In this document: positions 35,752-45,364 of the stretch, in pieces
Position numbering within the stretch: the first letter of the stretch is position 1
Layout: each line of letters starts with the position of its first letter
Origin: Acetobacter sp.
Lineage (GTDB): Bacteria > Pseudomonadota > Alphaproteobacteria > Acetobacterales > Acetobacteraceae
Direction: 5' to 3'
Assembly: GCF_047721705.1 (NCBI RefSeq)
Contig: NZ_JBDNXK010000004.1
Location: forward strand, 2,463 to 66,462
DNA length: 64,000 nt
Notes under the pieces: generated by a model
Seen by the model: only the letters and a program-made list of their open reading frames with translations
Databases searched by the model: none
What the model was told of the DNA's origin: nothing
Position numbers and translations under genes: made by a program

Positions 35752-36228
35752 ATGTCTCCAAGGCCGCCGATGCCGCCAAAGCTGTTCGAAGATCCGGAAG
35801 CGGCTCTGGATGAAGCGATTGCGTCCCTGCCGGCCTATGAGGAAACCACGGAGAACGTGCGGGTCGTCGTCCGCGCATTCTGGCTGGAAGACCAGTCACA
35901 GCCGGAAGATCATTCCTACTGCTGGGGTTACAGGATCAGCATCGAGAATCACGGCGACCACACGGTTCAGCTTCTCGAACGGTCGTGGGAGATCATCGAC
36001 GCGAACGGTCACATCGACCGTGTTCGCGGCGATGGGGTCGTGGGCGAACAGCCCGTGCTCAAACCGGACGGTGGATTTCAGTATACGTCCGGCGCTTCCC
36101 TCGATACGCCCAGCGGCATTATGCGCGGCTTTTATCACATGATCAATGAGACGACCGGGCGGCATTTCGAGGTGCGTATCCCGGCGTTCAGTCTCGATAG
36201 TCCTTATCAGCCCGGCATCATCCACTAA
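35752..36228 (+). CDS. apaG: ApaG (DUF525) protein
   Basis: '[51 protein letters not shown]...[19 protein letters not shown]'. Confidence 0.9.
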   Translation: MSPRPPMPPKLFEDPEAALDEAIASLPAYEETTENVRVVVRAFWLEDQSQPEDHSYCWGYRISIENHGDHTVQLLERSWEIIDANGHIDRVRGDGVVGEQPVLKPDGGFQYTSGASLDTPSGIMRGFYHMINETTGRHFEVRIPAFSLDSPYQPGIIH

Positions 36229-36259
36229 TACTCTCACTCCTCCTACCAGCATCCGAGAC

Positions 36260-36880
36260 ATGAACCATATGACCAAAACCGCCGCCCCGCTCCGCCCTTC
36301 CCGCGAGGAAGCCGAGGAGGCCATCAAGGTTCTGTTGCGCTGGGCTGGTGAAGACCCGAACCGCGAGGGACTGCTGGACACGCCTTCCCGTGTCGCGCGG
36401 TCCTATGAAGAGTTCTACGAAGGCTATGCGATCAATCCGGAAGAACTGCTGGAGCGGACGTTCTCTGAAGTCGATGACTACGACGAGATCGTTCTGCTGC
36501 GCGACATCCGGCTGGAGAGCCATTGCGAGCACCACATGGTGCCGATCATCGGACGGGCGCATGTGGCCTACCTGCCCCGCAAGCGCGTGGTCGGCATTTC
36601 CAAGCTGGCGCGCGTGGTGGACGCCTATGCGCGGCGCTTCCAGATTCAGGAACGGCTGACGGCGCAGATCGCCAACACCATCGACAAGGTGCTGGAACCG
36701 CATGGCGTGGCGGTCATCATTGAAGCCGGGCACCAGTGCATGACCACCCGCGGCGTCCACCGCCCCGGCGTTTCCATGGTGACCAGCCGGATGCTTGGCG
36801 TGTTCCGCGATAACTCCGATACCCGCCGTGAACTGATGTCCATGTTGAATCGTCCGAATATCGGCGAACTCTCGGCTTGA
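36260..36880 (+). CDS. folE: GTP cyclohydrolase I (FolE, zinc-dependent type)
   Basis: '[20 protein letters not shown]', '[18 protein letters not shown]', 'QERLTAQIA', 'HQCMTTRGV'. Start at ATG 36260. Confidence 0.95.
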   Translation: MNHMTKTAAPLRPSREEAEEAIKVLLRWAGEDPNREGLLDTPSRVARSYEEFYEGYAINPEELLERTFSEVDDYDEIVLLRDIRLESHCEHHMVPIIGRAHVAYLPRKRVVGISKLARVVDAYARRFQIQERLTAQIANTIDKVLEPHGVAVIIEAGHQCMTTRGVHRPGVSMVTSRMLGVFRDNSDTRRELMSMLNRPNIGELSA

Positions 36881-36922
36881 TCACGTAACTTTTTCTTAAA
36901 CCGACCGCGCGAACGTGAAGGC

Positions 36923-38365
36923 ATGACATCCATGCCTTCCGCTCCCGAAAACACCGCTGACCATTCTCCTCACAGCGGAGAAGCCCTGCAACTCGCAGGC
37001 CGCTTTGCCGAAGCCGAAGCAGCCTACAAACAGCAACTGGCCAAAACGCCAGATGACGCGCGCACGCTCAGCAATTACGGCGGTCTTCTCTGTACACTCT
37101 GCGCTTTCGAGCCAGCATTGGAATTACTCAGTCGCGCCGTCCAGCTTGCCCCGGATCTGGCCGACGCATGGTCCAATCTTGGGAACGCATTTCAATCCCT
37201 TCAATGTTACGGCGAAGCGATTGGCGCTTATTCACAGTGTCTCCGGCTCAATCCGAACCAGAAGTTTGCTCTCAGCAATCTCGGTGTCGCGCTGGATTGC
37301 ATCGGCCAGCATGCGCAAGCACAGAACTTCCATCGTACCGCAGTGAAACTCAATCCGGAAAACGCCGAGAGCCATACCAATTACGCGCTCTCCCTTCTGG
37401 CGCAGGGTAACTACCCCGATGGTTTCGCCGAATATGAATGGCGCTGGAAGACACGCACAACCGGAGCACATGGGTTTTCCGCCCCCTTGTGGAAGGGCGA
37501 GAAATTTCCCGGCAAAACCTTACTGGTGCATACGGAGGGGGGCTTCGGAGACATGCTTCAGTTCTCCCGGTTCCTCCCTGCCCTCACTCAGTTCGACGGC
37601 CATGTGATCGTGCGTGTGAGGCCAGAGCTTCTGACGCTGCTTTCCCACTCCTTTCCGCAGATTGCGTTCGTGTCAGAAAACGAACCAGCACCTCCGCATG
37701 ATCTTCAGTGCCCGATTCTGAGCCTCCCTCTGGCGCTGGGATCTACGCTCGCCACTCTCCCTTCTCCCGAAGGTTTCCTGCATCCGGACCCGAATAAAGT
37801 GCGCCATTGGGCTGTGGCTCTGCGACAGGATGATCCGGACCACCACAATCCGTTACGGATCGGCCTTGTCTGGGCGGGAGCACCGCATAGCGAAATCCGA
37901 GAAGCGGAAATCGCGGACCGCCGCCGCTCCACTACGCTTGCCACACTTGCGCCTCTCGCCGCGGCAGCCCCGGATGCCGTGTTCTATAGTCTACAGGTCG
38001 GCGACCAGGCCTTTCAGGCCAAATCTCCTCCGGCAGGCATGCGACTGATCGATCACACAGACAGGTTGAAGAACTTTGAGGATACGGCTGCCCTGATCGC
38101 CAATCTTGATCTGGTGATCGCCGTCGACACATCGACAGCTCATGTCGCGGCCGGACTTGGAAAGCCTGTATGGCTGCTCTCACGCTTCGATCAGTGCTGG
38201 CGCTGGCTGTCAGGCAGAATGGATTCGCCGTGGTATGACAGCGTGCGCCTTTATCAGCAGGACAAACCTCTCGACTGGTCCGGACCGATCGCGCGGGTTT
38301 GCACCGATCTTCGGACGTTCGATGCACACCACCATGACAGAGCGGCCGCGCTGACCACGGCCTGA
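36923..38365 (+). CDS. TPR-repeat protein fused to a GT-B (family 9/41-like) glycosyltransferase domain
   Basis: About 4-5 TPR units in the N-terminus ('AEAAYKQQLAKTPDDARTLSNYG', 'DAWSNLGNAFQSLQCYGEAIGAYSQCLRLNPN'...). The C-terminal part has 'LLVHTEGGFGDMLQFSRF' and 'DLVIAVDTSTAHVAAGLGKPVWLL', which look heptosyltransferase-like. Confidence 0.75.
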   Translation: MTSMPSAPENTADHSPHSGEALQLAGRFAEAEAAYKQQLAKTPDDARTLSNYGGLLCTLCAFEPALELLSRAVQLAPDLADAWSNLGNAFQSLQCYGEAIGAYSQCLRLNPNQKFALSNLGVALDCIGQHAQAQNFHRTAVKLNPENAESHTNYALSLLAQGNYPDGFAEYEWRWKTRTTGAHGFSAPLWKGEKFPGKTLLVHTEGGFGDMLQFSRFLPALTQFDGHVIVRVRPELLTLLSHSFPQIAFVSENEPAPPHDLQCPILSLPLALGSTLATLPSPEGFLHPDPNKVRHWAVALRQDDPDHHNPLRIGLVWAGAPHSEIREAEIADRRRSTTLATLAPLAAAAPDAVFYSLQVGDQAFQAKSPPAGMRLIDHTDRLKNFEDTAALIANLDLVIAVDTSTAHVAAGLGKPVWLLSRFDQCWRWLSGRMDSPWYDSVRLYQQDKPLDWSGPIARVCTDLRTFDAHHHDRAAALTTA

Positions 38366-38374
38366 CCCCTTCTC

Positions 38375-40402
38375 TCAGATATCGAGCATTTCCACGGACT
38401 GGGCATGTTCCTGAATGAACGCAAACCGCAATTCCGGTTTCCGGCCCATCAGGCTTTCCACCCGGTCCTTCGTTTCGATCCGGTCTTCCGGTAGCGTCAC
38501 AACCCGCAGCAGCGTGCGCCGTGACGGGTCCATGGTCGTCTCTTTCAGATCTTTCGGCGGCATTTCGCCAAGACCTTTGAAGCGTGACACTTCCACTTTT
38601 GCGTTCGGCTTGAAGTCCTTCCGGATTTTCCGGTCCTTGTCCGCATCGTCCATCGCGTAGACCGTCTTCGCACCATGCGTCAGACGGTAAAGTGGCGGCT
38701 GGGCGAGATAGAGATGTCCGTTCCTGATAAGTTCAGGCAACTCACGATAGAAGAACGTCATCAGCAGCGATGCGATGTGCGCGCCATCTACGTCAGCGTC
38801 CGTCATGATGATGACGCGACCATAACGCAGTTTCGCAAGATCGAACCGATCCCCCACGCCACAGCCAAGTGCCTCAACCAGATCGCTCAGTTCCTGATTG
38901 CCTCTGAGCTTTTCCGTCGAGGCGCTCGCCACGTTGAGAATCTTGCCGCGCAATGGCAGCACAGCCTGCGTTTCGCGGTTACGCGCCTGTTTTGCTGACC
39001 CACCTGCGGAGTCACCTTCGACGAGGAAGATTTCCGTCTCTTCGGCCCGTTCGCGGGTGCAGTCTGTCAGTTTGCCGGGCAGACGAAGACGCCGCGTCGC
39101 GCTCTTGCGGGGCGTATCTTTCTGCTCCCGCCGACGCAGGCGGTCTTCCGCCCTCTCAACCACAAAAGCCAGCAGGGAATCAGCCTGCGCGGGATTACCA
39201 GACAGCCAGTGATCGAACCGGTCGCGCAAAGCTGTTTCAATAAGTTTTGAAGCCTCGCTGTTCGTAAGCTTCTCTTTCGTCTGCCCCTGAAATTGCGGAT
39301 CACGAATAAATGCAGACAGCTGGCCCGCGACACAGCCAAGAATGTCCTCGGCCGTGACAATGCTCGCGCGTTTGTTGGAGCGCTGCTCACCCCACGCACG
39401 GAATCCCTTCACCAGCGCGGCGCGGCACCCGGCTTCATGAGTGCCGCCTTGCGGAGTCGGGATCGTATTGCAGAACGAAACAAAGCTGGCCGAACCGGAT
39501 TCCAGAAAAGCGATCGCCCATTCGACCCGCCCATTGGCCACGCCGTCGGTTTCGGGAAGGTCCGCCTCTCCCGCCCAGATCGGGGCCAGCAATGGCGGAT
39601 TTTTGCCGAGTTCGTCGGCCAGACTATCAGCCAGTCCACCGGGAAAGTGCAGAACGGCTTCGGTGGGTGTCTCGTCACCAGCTTTGATCAGTGTCGGGTC
39701 ACAATTCCAGCGAATCGTCACTCCCCGGAACAGAAATGCCTTCGAGCGGCAGAGACGGTAAAGGCGCGCAGGCTGAAAGATATGTGTCCCGAAAATTTCC
39801 GGGTCAGGACGGAAGCGGATCTGGGTGCCACGGCGATTCGGCGCAGCTCCTACCTTCTCCAATGCGCTCTGCGGCAGGCCTCGGGCGTAAAGCTGCCGCC
39901 ACAACGTCCTGTCGCGCGCGACCTCGACTTCCATTTCCGCAGCGAGCGCATTCACCACGGACGAGCCGACACCGTGCAGACCGCCGGAAGTGGCATAGGA
40001 TTTCCCGGAGAATTTTCCACCCGCATGCAGCGTGGTGAGAATGACTTCGAGAGCTGATTTTTCAGGGAAACGCGGATGAGGATCAACCGGAATGCCGCGA
40101 CCGTTATCCCGGACAGTCAGCCAGTTACTAGGTTCGAGCGAAACCTCGATGGTGGTGGCATGGCCCGCGACCGCCTCATCCATCGAGTTATCGAGAATTT
40201 CGGCTGCGAGATGATGCAGCGCCGCCTCGTCCGTGCCGCCGATATACATGCCGGGACGACGACGGACAGGCTCAAGGCCTTCGAGCACCTCAATGGAGCT
40301 CGCATCGTATTGCTGCTGCCCGGCAGGCGTCGGCGCTGCTTTAGCCTTGGCCGTGTCAGGCTTTTCAGGAGAAGAACCAGTGCTTGAGAAGAGATCGCTC
40401 AT
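38375..40402 (-). CDS. parE: DNA topoisomerase IV subunit B
   Basis: GHKL ATPase and Toprim motifs: 'LEGLEPVRRRPGMYIGGTD', 'EILDNSMDEA', 'GGLHGVGSSVVNALA', 'EIFLVEGDSAGGSAKQAR', 'IMTDADVDGAHI'. The 675-aa length fits ParE rather than GyrB. Confidence 0.9.
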   Translation of the reverse strand: MSDLFSSTGSSPEKPDTAKAKAAPTPAGQQQYDASSIEVLEGLEPVRRRPGMYIGGTDEAALHHLAAEILDNSMDEAVAGHATTIEVSLEPSNWLTVRDNGRGIPVDPHPRFPEKSALEVILTTLHAGGKFSGKSYATSGGLHGVGSSVVNALAAEMEVEVARDRTLWRQLYARGLPQSALEKVGAAPNRRGTQIRFRPDPEIFGTHIFQPARLYRLCRSKAFLFRGVTIRWNCDPTLIKAGDETPTEAVLHFPGGLADSLADELGKNPPLLAPIWAGEADLPETDGVANGRVEWAIAFLESGSASFVSFCNTIPTPQGGTHEAGCRAALVKGFRAWGEQRSNKRASIVTAEDILGCVAGQLSAFIRDPQFQGQTKEKLTNSEASKLIETALRDRFDHWLSGNPAQADSLLAFVVERAEDRLRRREQKDTPRKSATRRLRLPGKLTDCTRERAEETEIFLVEGDSAGGSAKQARNRETQAVLPLRGKILNVASASTEKLRGNQELSDLVEALGCGVGDRFDLAKLRYGRVIIMTDADVDGAHIASLLMTFFYRELPELIRNGHLYLAQPPLYRLTHGAKTVYAMDDADKDRKIRKDFKPNAKVEVSRFKGLGEMPPKDLKETTMDPSRRTLLRVVTLPEDRIETKDRVESLMGRKPELRFAFIQEHAQSVEMLDI

Positions 40403-40458
40403 GCCCGGTGTCTGTCCCCTTCTCTGGCCGATTCGTCAAGAACGATGGTGAGTCGTTC

Positions 40459-40998
40459 TCAGGCCCGATGAGCCGCGCGCTTTGTGCTCCGACTCCGGCT
40501 GCGGGTCTGGGTGCTTTTCTCAACGCCGGGAGCCGCACAGGTTTCGAAGGTTGCAGGCTGGGTAATATCCTTGGCCTGAGCGTAGTTCGAAAGATCCTGC
40601 TCGTTGTCGAGGGCGGCGACTTCATCAAACATCGCCATCCGCTGATTGCAGAAGATGGTGCCGGACTGGAGCCCTTTTTCCGACTGCGCATTGGCGAGCT
40701 GGGTGATGTAATCATCATGCTCGACCTGCGCACGCCGTCCGTAGGTCGTCCGGAAATAGGTGTTCAGCCGCTCTTCTTCCCGCAGAAGCGCGCTGCGAAA
40801 CTTGGCGACGAAGCCATTATACCGCTCCTGCGCCTTGCAGGAGAGCGCCGTGACCATCAGCTCGCTTTTGAGCCCCTGCACGTCGAACGCCTCGCGGGCT
40901 GACGAACCGCCGCAGCTGGCCGCTGAAGCAACAGATCCACATGATAGGCCGAGGAAAACCACACCAGCAATCGCAAGACGAAACGGACCAGACGACAT
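40459..40998 (-). CDS. Hypothetical exported protein
   Basis: Start placed at 'MSSGPFRLAIAGVVFLGLSCGSVASA' (signal-like). Four Cys residues and a basic Ser/Arg-rich C-terminal tail. I recognise no family. Confidence 0.55.
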   Translation of the reverse strand: MSSGPFRLAIAGVVFLGLSCGSVASAASCGGSSAREAFDVQGLKSELMVTALSCKAQERYNGFVAKFRSALLREEERLNTYFRTTYGRRAQVEHDDYITQLANAQSEKGLQSGTIFCNQRMAMFDEVAALDNEQDLSNYAQAKDITQPATFETCAAPGVEKSTQTRSRSRSTKRAAHRA

Positions 40999-41335
40999 GA
41001 AGGGTCTCTCCAGATGAAGGAATGCGCCGACAGACATATGCACCGCCGATGACGCTCTGGCGAGTGCTTTCTAAACCTTATTTCTGAAGGTTACGGTACA
41101 AGCTACCGTTTTAACGAGTATATGCTGATACGCTCCTTGCGTAACATATCTGCCATGAAGCTAATGGACAGCCCAAATGTGGCCTTTCGGCGGCAAGTGG
41201 AAACACCTTGCGCCAGTCATGTCAGAGCATGGCTTTCAACCGGAAGCCGGATGTTCTAGAGCGGGGAAGATTTTCCGCGGACGGCGGATTCGCCGCCAGC
41301 CCGCATCGTTCTTCACAGCTTCGCGGAGCCTTTAC

Positions 41336-41884
41336 GTGCGAATAAAAGTCCTCGCCGTGCCTTTGCTGGCCACCAGCTTCCTGGCCGGATGCAATCATGG
41401 CCCGCTTACGAGCGGCCCCCTCGGCTCTCCCGATCCTTTCGGTTACATGAAAACGTCGGCTGTCTGTAAGACAACGACCCCGGTTGCCGGGGCCAATGGC
41501 AATCTCGTCAGCCAGATGACAGTGCGCAGCGATGATGGACGATGCGTTCTGTCCGTAAAACCACCTGAGGGTGGGTCCTACGCTTCGTTCGGCGTCTCTC
41601 CGGCTCCAGAGCACGGTAAAGCGTTTCTTTACACGCTAAACGGCTACACGCAGATCACCTATACGCCGACGATGGGCTATGCCGGTAACGATACGTTTAC
41701 CGCCATTCTCGTTCGCAGCCCCGGCGCAAAGCGTGATCGCCTTACGGTGACTGCGACGGTAGATGCCACAGGCGTGCTCATCCCGCGTCCGGCCGTCACG
41801 GCTCCCAGCACGGAACGCAAAGAAGCTACGCGTACGACTTCAAAAGCACGTCGTACCACGACGACAGCCAAGAAACGTCGCTGA
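41336..41884 (+). CDS. Putative lipoprotein with Ig-like domain and basic tail
   Basis: An in-frame GTG gives 'VRIKVLAVPLLATSFLAGC' (lipobox). 'YTPTMGYAGNDTFTAILV' is typical of bacterial Ig/cadherin-like domains. The C-terminus is 'KEATRTTSKARRTTTTAKKRR'. The start is uncertain. Confidence 0.5.
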   Translation: MRIKVLAVPLLATSFLAGCNHGPLTSGPLGSPDPFGYMKTSAVCKTTTPVAGANGNLVSQMTVRSDDGRCVLSVKPPEGGSYASFGVSPAPEHGKAFLYTLNGYTQITYTPTMGYAGNDTFTAILVRSPGAKRDRLTVTATVDATGVLIPRPAVTAPSTERKEATRTTSKARRTTTTAKKRR

Positions 41885-41929
41885 CACGTAACCGGCGTCC
41901 CTATCAGGGGCGCCGGCAAAGTCAGTTCT

Positions 41930-42379
41930 TCAGATCGAAAAAGAAATCGGTTCTGAAAGAGGACGCCGCAGTCCAGCGTCTTCCGCGCGCCGCACCAGAT
42001 CATCCAGTGTGACGGCTTTCAGCTTCTCACCAATCATCTGGTCTTCTTCCCGCCAGAACGGGTCGAGGACTTTCTGGAACAGTTCCCCGACCGGGCCATC
42101 GTCCAACGTCGGGTCCATGCTCACAACGGTCGAAACGATATCCGTAATGGAAATATCGCGACGTGGCCTCCCGAGACGATATCCCCCGCGCGGCCCGCGC
42201 ACGCTTTCCAGCAGGGAAGAGCGCGAAAGAGTCTGCAACAAAGGCTCGATCCCGCGCCGCGCCAGCCCCGCACGCTGCGCAATATCAGCGGCATTCACAG
42301 TGCCTGTGCGACCTGCATAAAAAGCAACGTCAAGCATGATCATCACGCCGGTCATGGCCCTGTCCCGCCTCAGCAGCAT
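41930..42379 (-). CDS. Rrf2 family transcriptional regulator
   Basis: 'MLLRRDRAMTGVMIMLDVAFYAG...VNAADIAQRAGLARRGIEPLLQTLSRSSLLESVRGPRGGYRL'. I do not see an obvious three-Cys cluster, so it is more like CymR/NsrR-less types. Confidence 0.85.
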   Translation of the reverse strand: MLLRRDRAMTGVMIMLDVAFYAGRTGTVNAADIAQRAGLARRGIEPLLQTLSRSSLLESVRGPRGGYRLGRPRRDISITDIVSTVVSMDPTLDDGPVGELFQKVLDPFWREEDQMIGEKLKAVTLDDLVRRAEDAGLRRPLSEPISFSI

Positions 42380-42500
42380 GCTCTTGTCCCCGAAGATATT
42401 GACTTTCTGTCCAATTAAATACCTCACTCACATCGTCGTTGCGACATATCATGACGGGAAAAGTGGAAAAATCCAGACCACGCCCCTATTCACATTAACC

Positions 42501-42521
42501 TTTCGTGTTATTTTCACGAAA
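42501..42521. promoter_or_regulatory. Inverted repeat, candidate Rrf2 operator in the Rrf2/cysK divergent region
   Basis: TTTCGTG-N7-CACGAAA (perfect 7-bp arms), 37 nt upstream of the cysK start. Confidence 0.4.
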
Positions 42522-42557
42522 CATTTCGGATAACAACCGGCAAGAGGTACGGTTCGC

Positions 42558-43547
42558 ATGGGTTCCCGTAAACTTCCCGAGCATATCGATTTCAAATTTG
42601 CCCCACCGCGTGGGCGTGTTTTCGATTCCATCGTCGATGTCGTTGGGGGCACACCGCTCGTCGGACTGCCGCGCATGACGGAAGAAGACAATCTGAAAGC
42701 GCGTATTCTCCTGAAGCTGGAATTCTTTAACCCGCTCGGCTCCGTAAAGGATCGTATCGGCGCGGCGATGGTCATTGCTGCCGAGGAAGCGGGACTGATC
42801 ACACCAGGCAAAAGCGTGCTCGTCGAGCCGACCTCCGGCAATACCGGCATCTCTCTTGCTTTTGTCGCGGCTTCACGTGGTTACCGGCTTATCGTGACCA
42901 TGCCCGAAGGCGCATCCATCGAGCGTCGCAAAATGCTGCGCCTTATGGATGCACAGGTGGAGTTAACGCCTTCACGGCTAGGCATGGCCGGCGCCATCAC
43001 GCGGGCGCAGGAAATTCTCAAGACGACGCCCAACGCATGGATGCCGGCCCAGTTTGAAAATCCGGCGAACCCGCTCGTCCATGAGCAGACAACTGCCGAA
43101 GAAATCTGGCATGACACGGCTGGCGAGGTGGATATCGTCGTCGCCGGGCTAGGCACGGGAGGCACCGCCTCCGGCATTGCCCATGCTCTGAAAAAGAAAA
43201 AGCCGAACATTGAAATCTACGGTGTGGAGCCGAGGGAAAGCGCCATTCTGAATGGTGATGAACCCGGACCGCACGGCATTCAGGGAATTGGCCCCGGCTT
43301 CTGCCCGCGTACGCTGGACACAAAAGCCCTCACGGAAGTGCTCCCCATCTCTGAACGCGAAGCCATTGCCGCTGCCCGCCGTTGTGCCCGCATGGATGGC
43401 GTTCCCATCGGCATATCTTCCGGTGCGGCGCTGCATGCTGCCGTAACGCTCGCGCTCCGCAACGAGAATCATGGCAAGACCATCGTGGCCATCGCACCGT
43501 CCTTTGCCGAGCGCTATCTCTCGACATCGCTTTTCAGCGGTCTCTGA
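42558..43547 (+). CDS. cysK: Cysteine synthase A (O-acetylserine sulfhydrylase)
   Basis: 'KLEFFNPLGSVKDRIGAAMV' (PLP lysine), 'EPTSGNTGISLA', 'GLGTGGTASG', 'GISSGAAL'. Confidence 0.95.
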   Translation: MGSRKLPEHIDFKFAPPRGRVFDSIVDVVGGTPLVGLPRMTEEDNLKARILLKLEFFNPLGSVKDRIGAAMVIAAEEAGLITPGKSVLVEPTSGNTGISLAFVAASRGYRLIVTMPEGASIERRKMLRLMDAQVELTPSRLGMAGAITRAQEILKTTPNAWMPAQFENPANPLVHEQTTAEEIWHDTAGEVDIVVAGLGTGGTASGIAHALKKKKPNIEIYGVEPRESAILNGDEPGPHGIQGIGPGFCPRTLDTKALTEVLPISEREAIAAARRCARMDGVPIGISSGAALHAAVTLALRNENHGKTIVAIAPSFAERYLSTSLFSGL

Positions 43548-43565
43548 TTTTCTTCAAGATGCGCA

Positions 43566-43597
43566 CAAAAAAGGGGGCTTTAAGCCCCCCTTTTTTC
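43566..43597. terminator. Bidirectional Rho-independent terminator (cysK / ompA-like convergent pair)
   Basis: AAAAAAGGGGGCTT-taa-GCCCCCCTTTTTT: a GC-rich stem flanked by an A-run and a T-run. Confidence 0.85.
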
Positions 43598-43620
43598 ATA
43601 AACCCTGACGCGTGAATATC

Positions 43621-44763
43621 TTAGTGCAGAACGATTTCCACGCGCCGATTCTGTGCTTCCCGCACATTCGGCCCCGTCGGCACAAGTGGATTTTCCTGTC
43701 CGAAACCCTTCACGTCGATGATCGATCCAGCGACACCATCACGAATCAGTTCCGCCTTGATGGCGTCGGCCCGGCGAAGCGACAGTTCCATATTGTAATG
43801 CTCGCCACGCGCCCCCGGATGCGCTGCCGATGTATCCGTATAGCCTGAGACCTGAATGCGCGTGACTGCGGTGTGGCCAGAGGCCTGTGCCGCGACCGCC
43901 ACGATAGACCGCGCACGATCGGTCAGAGACGCGACATCCCAGTCGAAAAACACGAGATATGTCCGGGCGGCAGCAGGCGCCGGAGCCAGCACGGGTGCGG
44001 CAGGTGGCGGTGGAGGCGGTGCTGGATTGAACTCGTAACGCAGCCCAAGCATCAGCGAGTGATTGAAGTCGGTTTTCGTATCGTGATTACCGCTCTCAAC
44101 ACCATAAGACTTGGGAAGGTTGTCCCCTCCACCAACAGTGCCTAGCGCCGTGGTGTAATGGGACTGCGGGCCAAGCATGGTCCAGAAACGATATTCCGCT
44201 ATCGCTGACAGCCCGACCACCCAAGGCACCGGGAACGAAAGACCGAAGATACCCTGATAGGTGAACCCACCAAACGTACCGCGGATCTGCTGGTTCAGGG
44301 AGCGGTCCAGACCCGTGATGGAAGCGCGCGTGGAGGTCCAGCCGTAGCCAATTCCCGCACCGAAATAGGGAAAAAGCCAGCTTTTACCGATATCGAGATC
44401 GAACAGGGCATTCACCATGAGGCCGGAAGTCTGGCGGCGCCCGTCACCCTTCGTCGAGACCGTATTGGTCACCAGACGATTGTAATCCATGTTCCGGTAG
44501 TTGCCTTCGACCTCGACACGAAAGCCGTTGCCAAGACCATACCCGACCGAACCGATGCCGACAGCGCCGGTTTTCCAGCGATCGCGCCCACTGGGAAGGT
44601 TACGGCTCAGGCGGACCTGCTGATCCTGATTGAAGGTCGCTCCACCCAGTCCCTGAACATAAACTCCCTGCACAGGCTGGGCGAATGCGGCGGAGGGCAC
44701 TGCGCTGAAGACGAGCGGCGCTGACAGGACTGATCCTGCAAGAAACCCAAAACGCAGCTTCAT
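43621..44763 (-). CDS. OmpA family outer-membrane protein (beta-barrel, Pro-rich hinge, OmpA_C domain)
   Basis: Signal 'VLSAPLVFSAVPSAAFA/QP'. The barrel region has alternating aromatic strands, then a hinge 'PAPPPPPPAAPVLAPAPAAA'. The C-terminus carries 'GYTDTSAAHPGARGEHYNMELSLRRADAIK...NRRVEIVL'. Confidence 0.85.
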   Translation of the reverse strand: MKLRFGFLAGSVLSAPLVFSAVPSAAFAQPVQGVYVQGLGGATFNQDQQVRLSRNLPSGRDRWKTGAVGIGSVGYGLGNGFRVEVEGNYRNMDYNRLVTNTVSTKGDGRRQTSGLMVNALFDLDIGKSWLFPYFGAGIGYGWTSTRASITGLDRSLNQQIRGTFGGFTYQGIFGLSFPVPWVVGLSAIAEYRFWTMLGPQSHYTTALGTVGGGDNLPKSYGVESGNHDTKTDFNHSLMLGLRYEFNPAPPPPPPAAPVLAPAPAAARTYLVFFDWDVASLTDRARSIVAVAAQASGHTAVTRIQVSGYTDTSAAHPGARGEHYNMELSLRRADAIKAELIRDGVAGSIIDVKGFGQENPLVPTGPNVREAQNRRVEIVLH

Positions 44764-45019
44764 CCTATTCTCCTCATGCCCGCCCCGCCAAACCTGACAA
44801 ATCCATCAGACATAGTGTCACAGCAATATCACACGGCCTTCTTTTGCCGAAACGCGGCCAACGTGCAACTCGCAACCTGACGTGGCACAGCAGATTGAAA
44901 TCAAAAAACCAGACTATATCGGCGGCTGATCACGGTCATCTTCAGAAAACCCTTACCGTGACGGGAGTTCCTTTTCCTTCCGGGTTCCCTCGGTAGTGTG
45001 ACCTTCCTGCAACGTTCTG

Positions 45020-45364
45020 TTAACCAATTACAAGCGCCTCAAATGGCGGTTCCAACGCATCCGTTTCGAATTCGAGCACCCAGAGATCCGGGTCCCGCCC
45101 AATCTGCCGGGAGACATACGCGTCCGCATCCGCTTCGGAAACAGGGTCGGCACCACTCCCTCTCATCCAGGCGCGAGCCCCTTCCGGAGTGCGGGTCTGG
45201 GTCAGCACAACCGCACGTCTGTCGCGGTTAGTGAGCACCACCAGTACGCCGCCCGCGTCTTCGTCCCCGCGATGACGGCGAAACGCCGGACAACCGGAAT
45301 TATTGGCCTGTCTTAGTACAGCGGAAACCCAAAGCCCTGTTTTCAGCCGCGCCTCATCTCTCAT
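45020..45364 (-). CDS. DUF1491 family protein
   Basis: 'RLKTGLWVSAVLRQANNSGCPAFRRHRGDEDAGGVLVVL' matches my recollection of DUF1491. It has an ATGA overlap with the upstream peptidase gene. Confidence 0.7.
   Translation of the reverse strand: MRDEARLKTGLWVSAVLRQANNSGCPAFRRHRGDEDAGGVLVVLTNRDRRAVVLTQTRTPEGARAWMRGSGADPVSEADADAYVSRQIGRDPDLWVLEFETDALEPPFEALVIG

Noticed and set aside
43990-44030. GGTGG/GGCGG repeats
   Set aside because: They encode the poly-proline hinge (PAPPPPPPAAP) of the OmpA-family protein.
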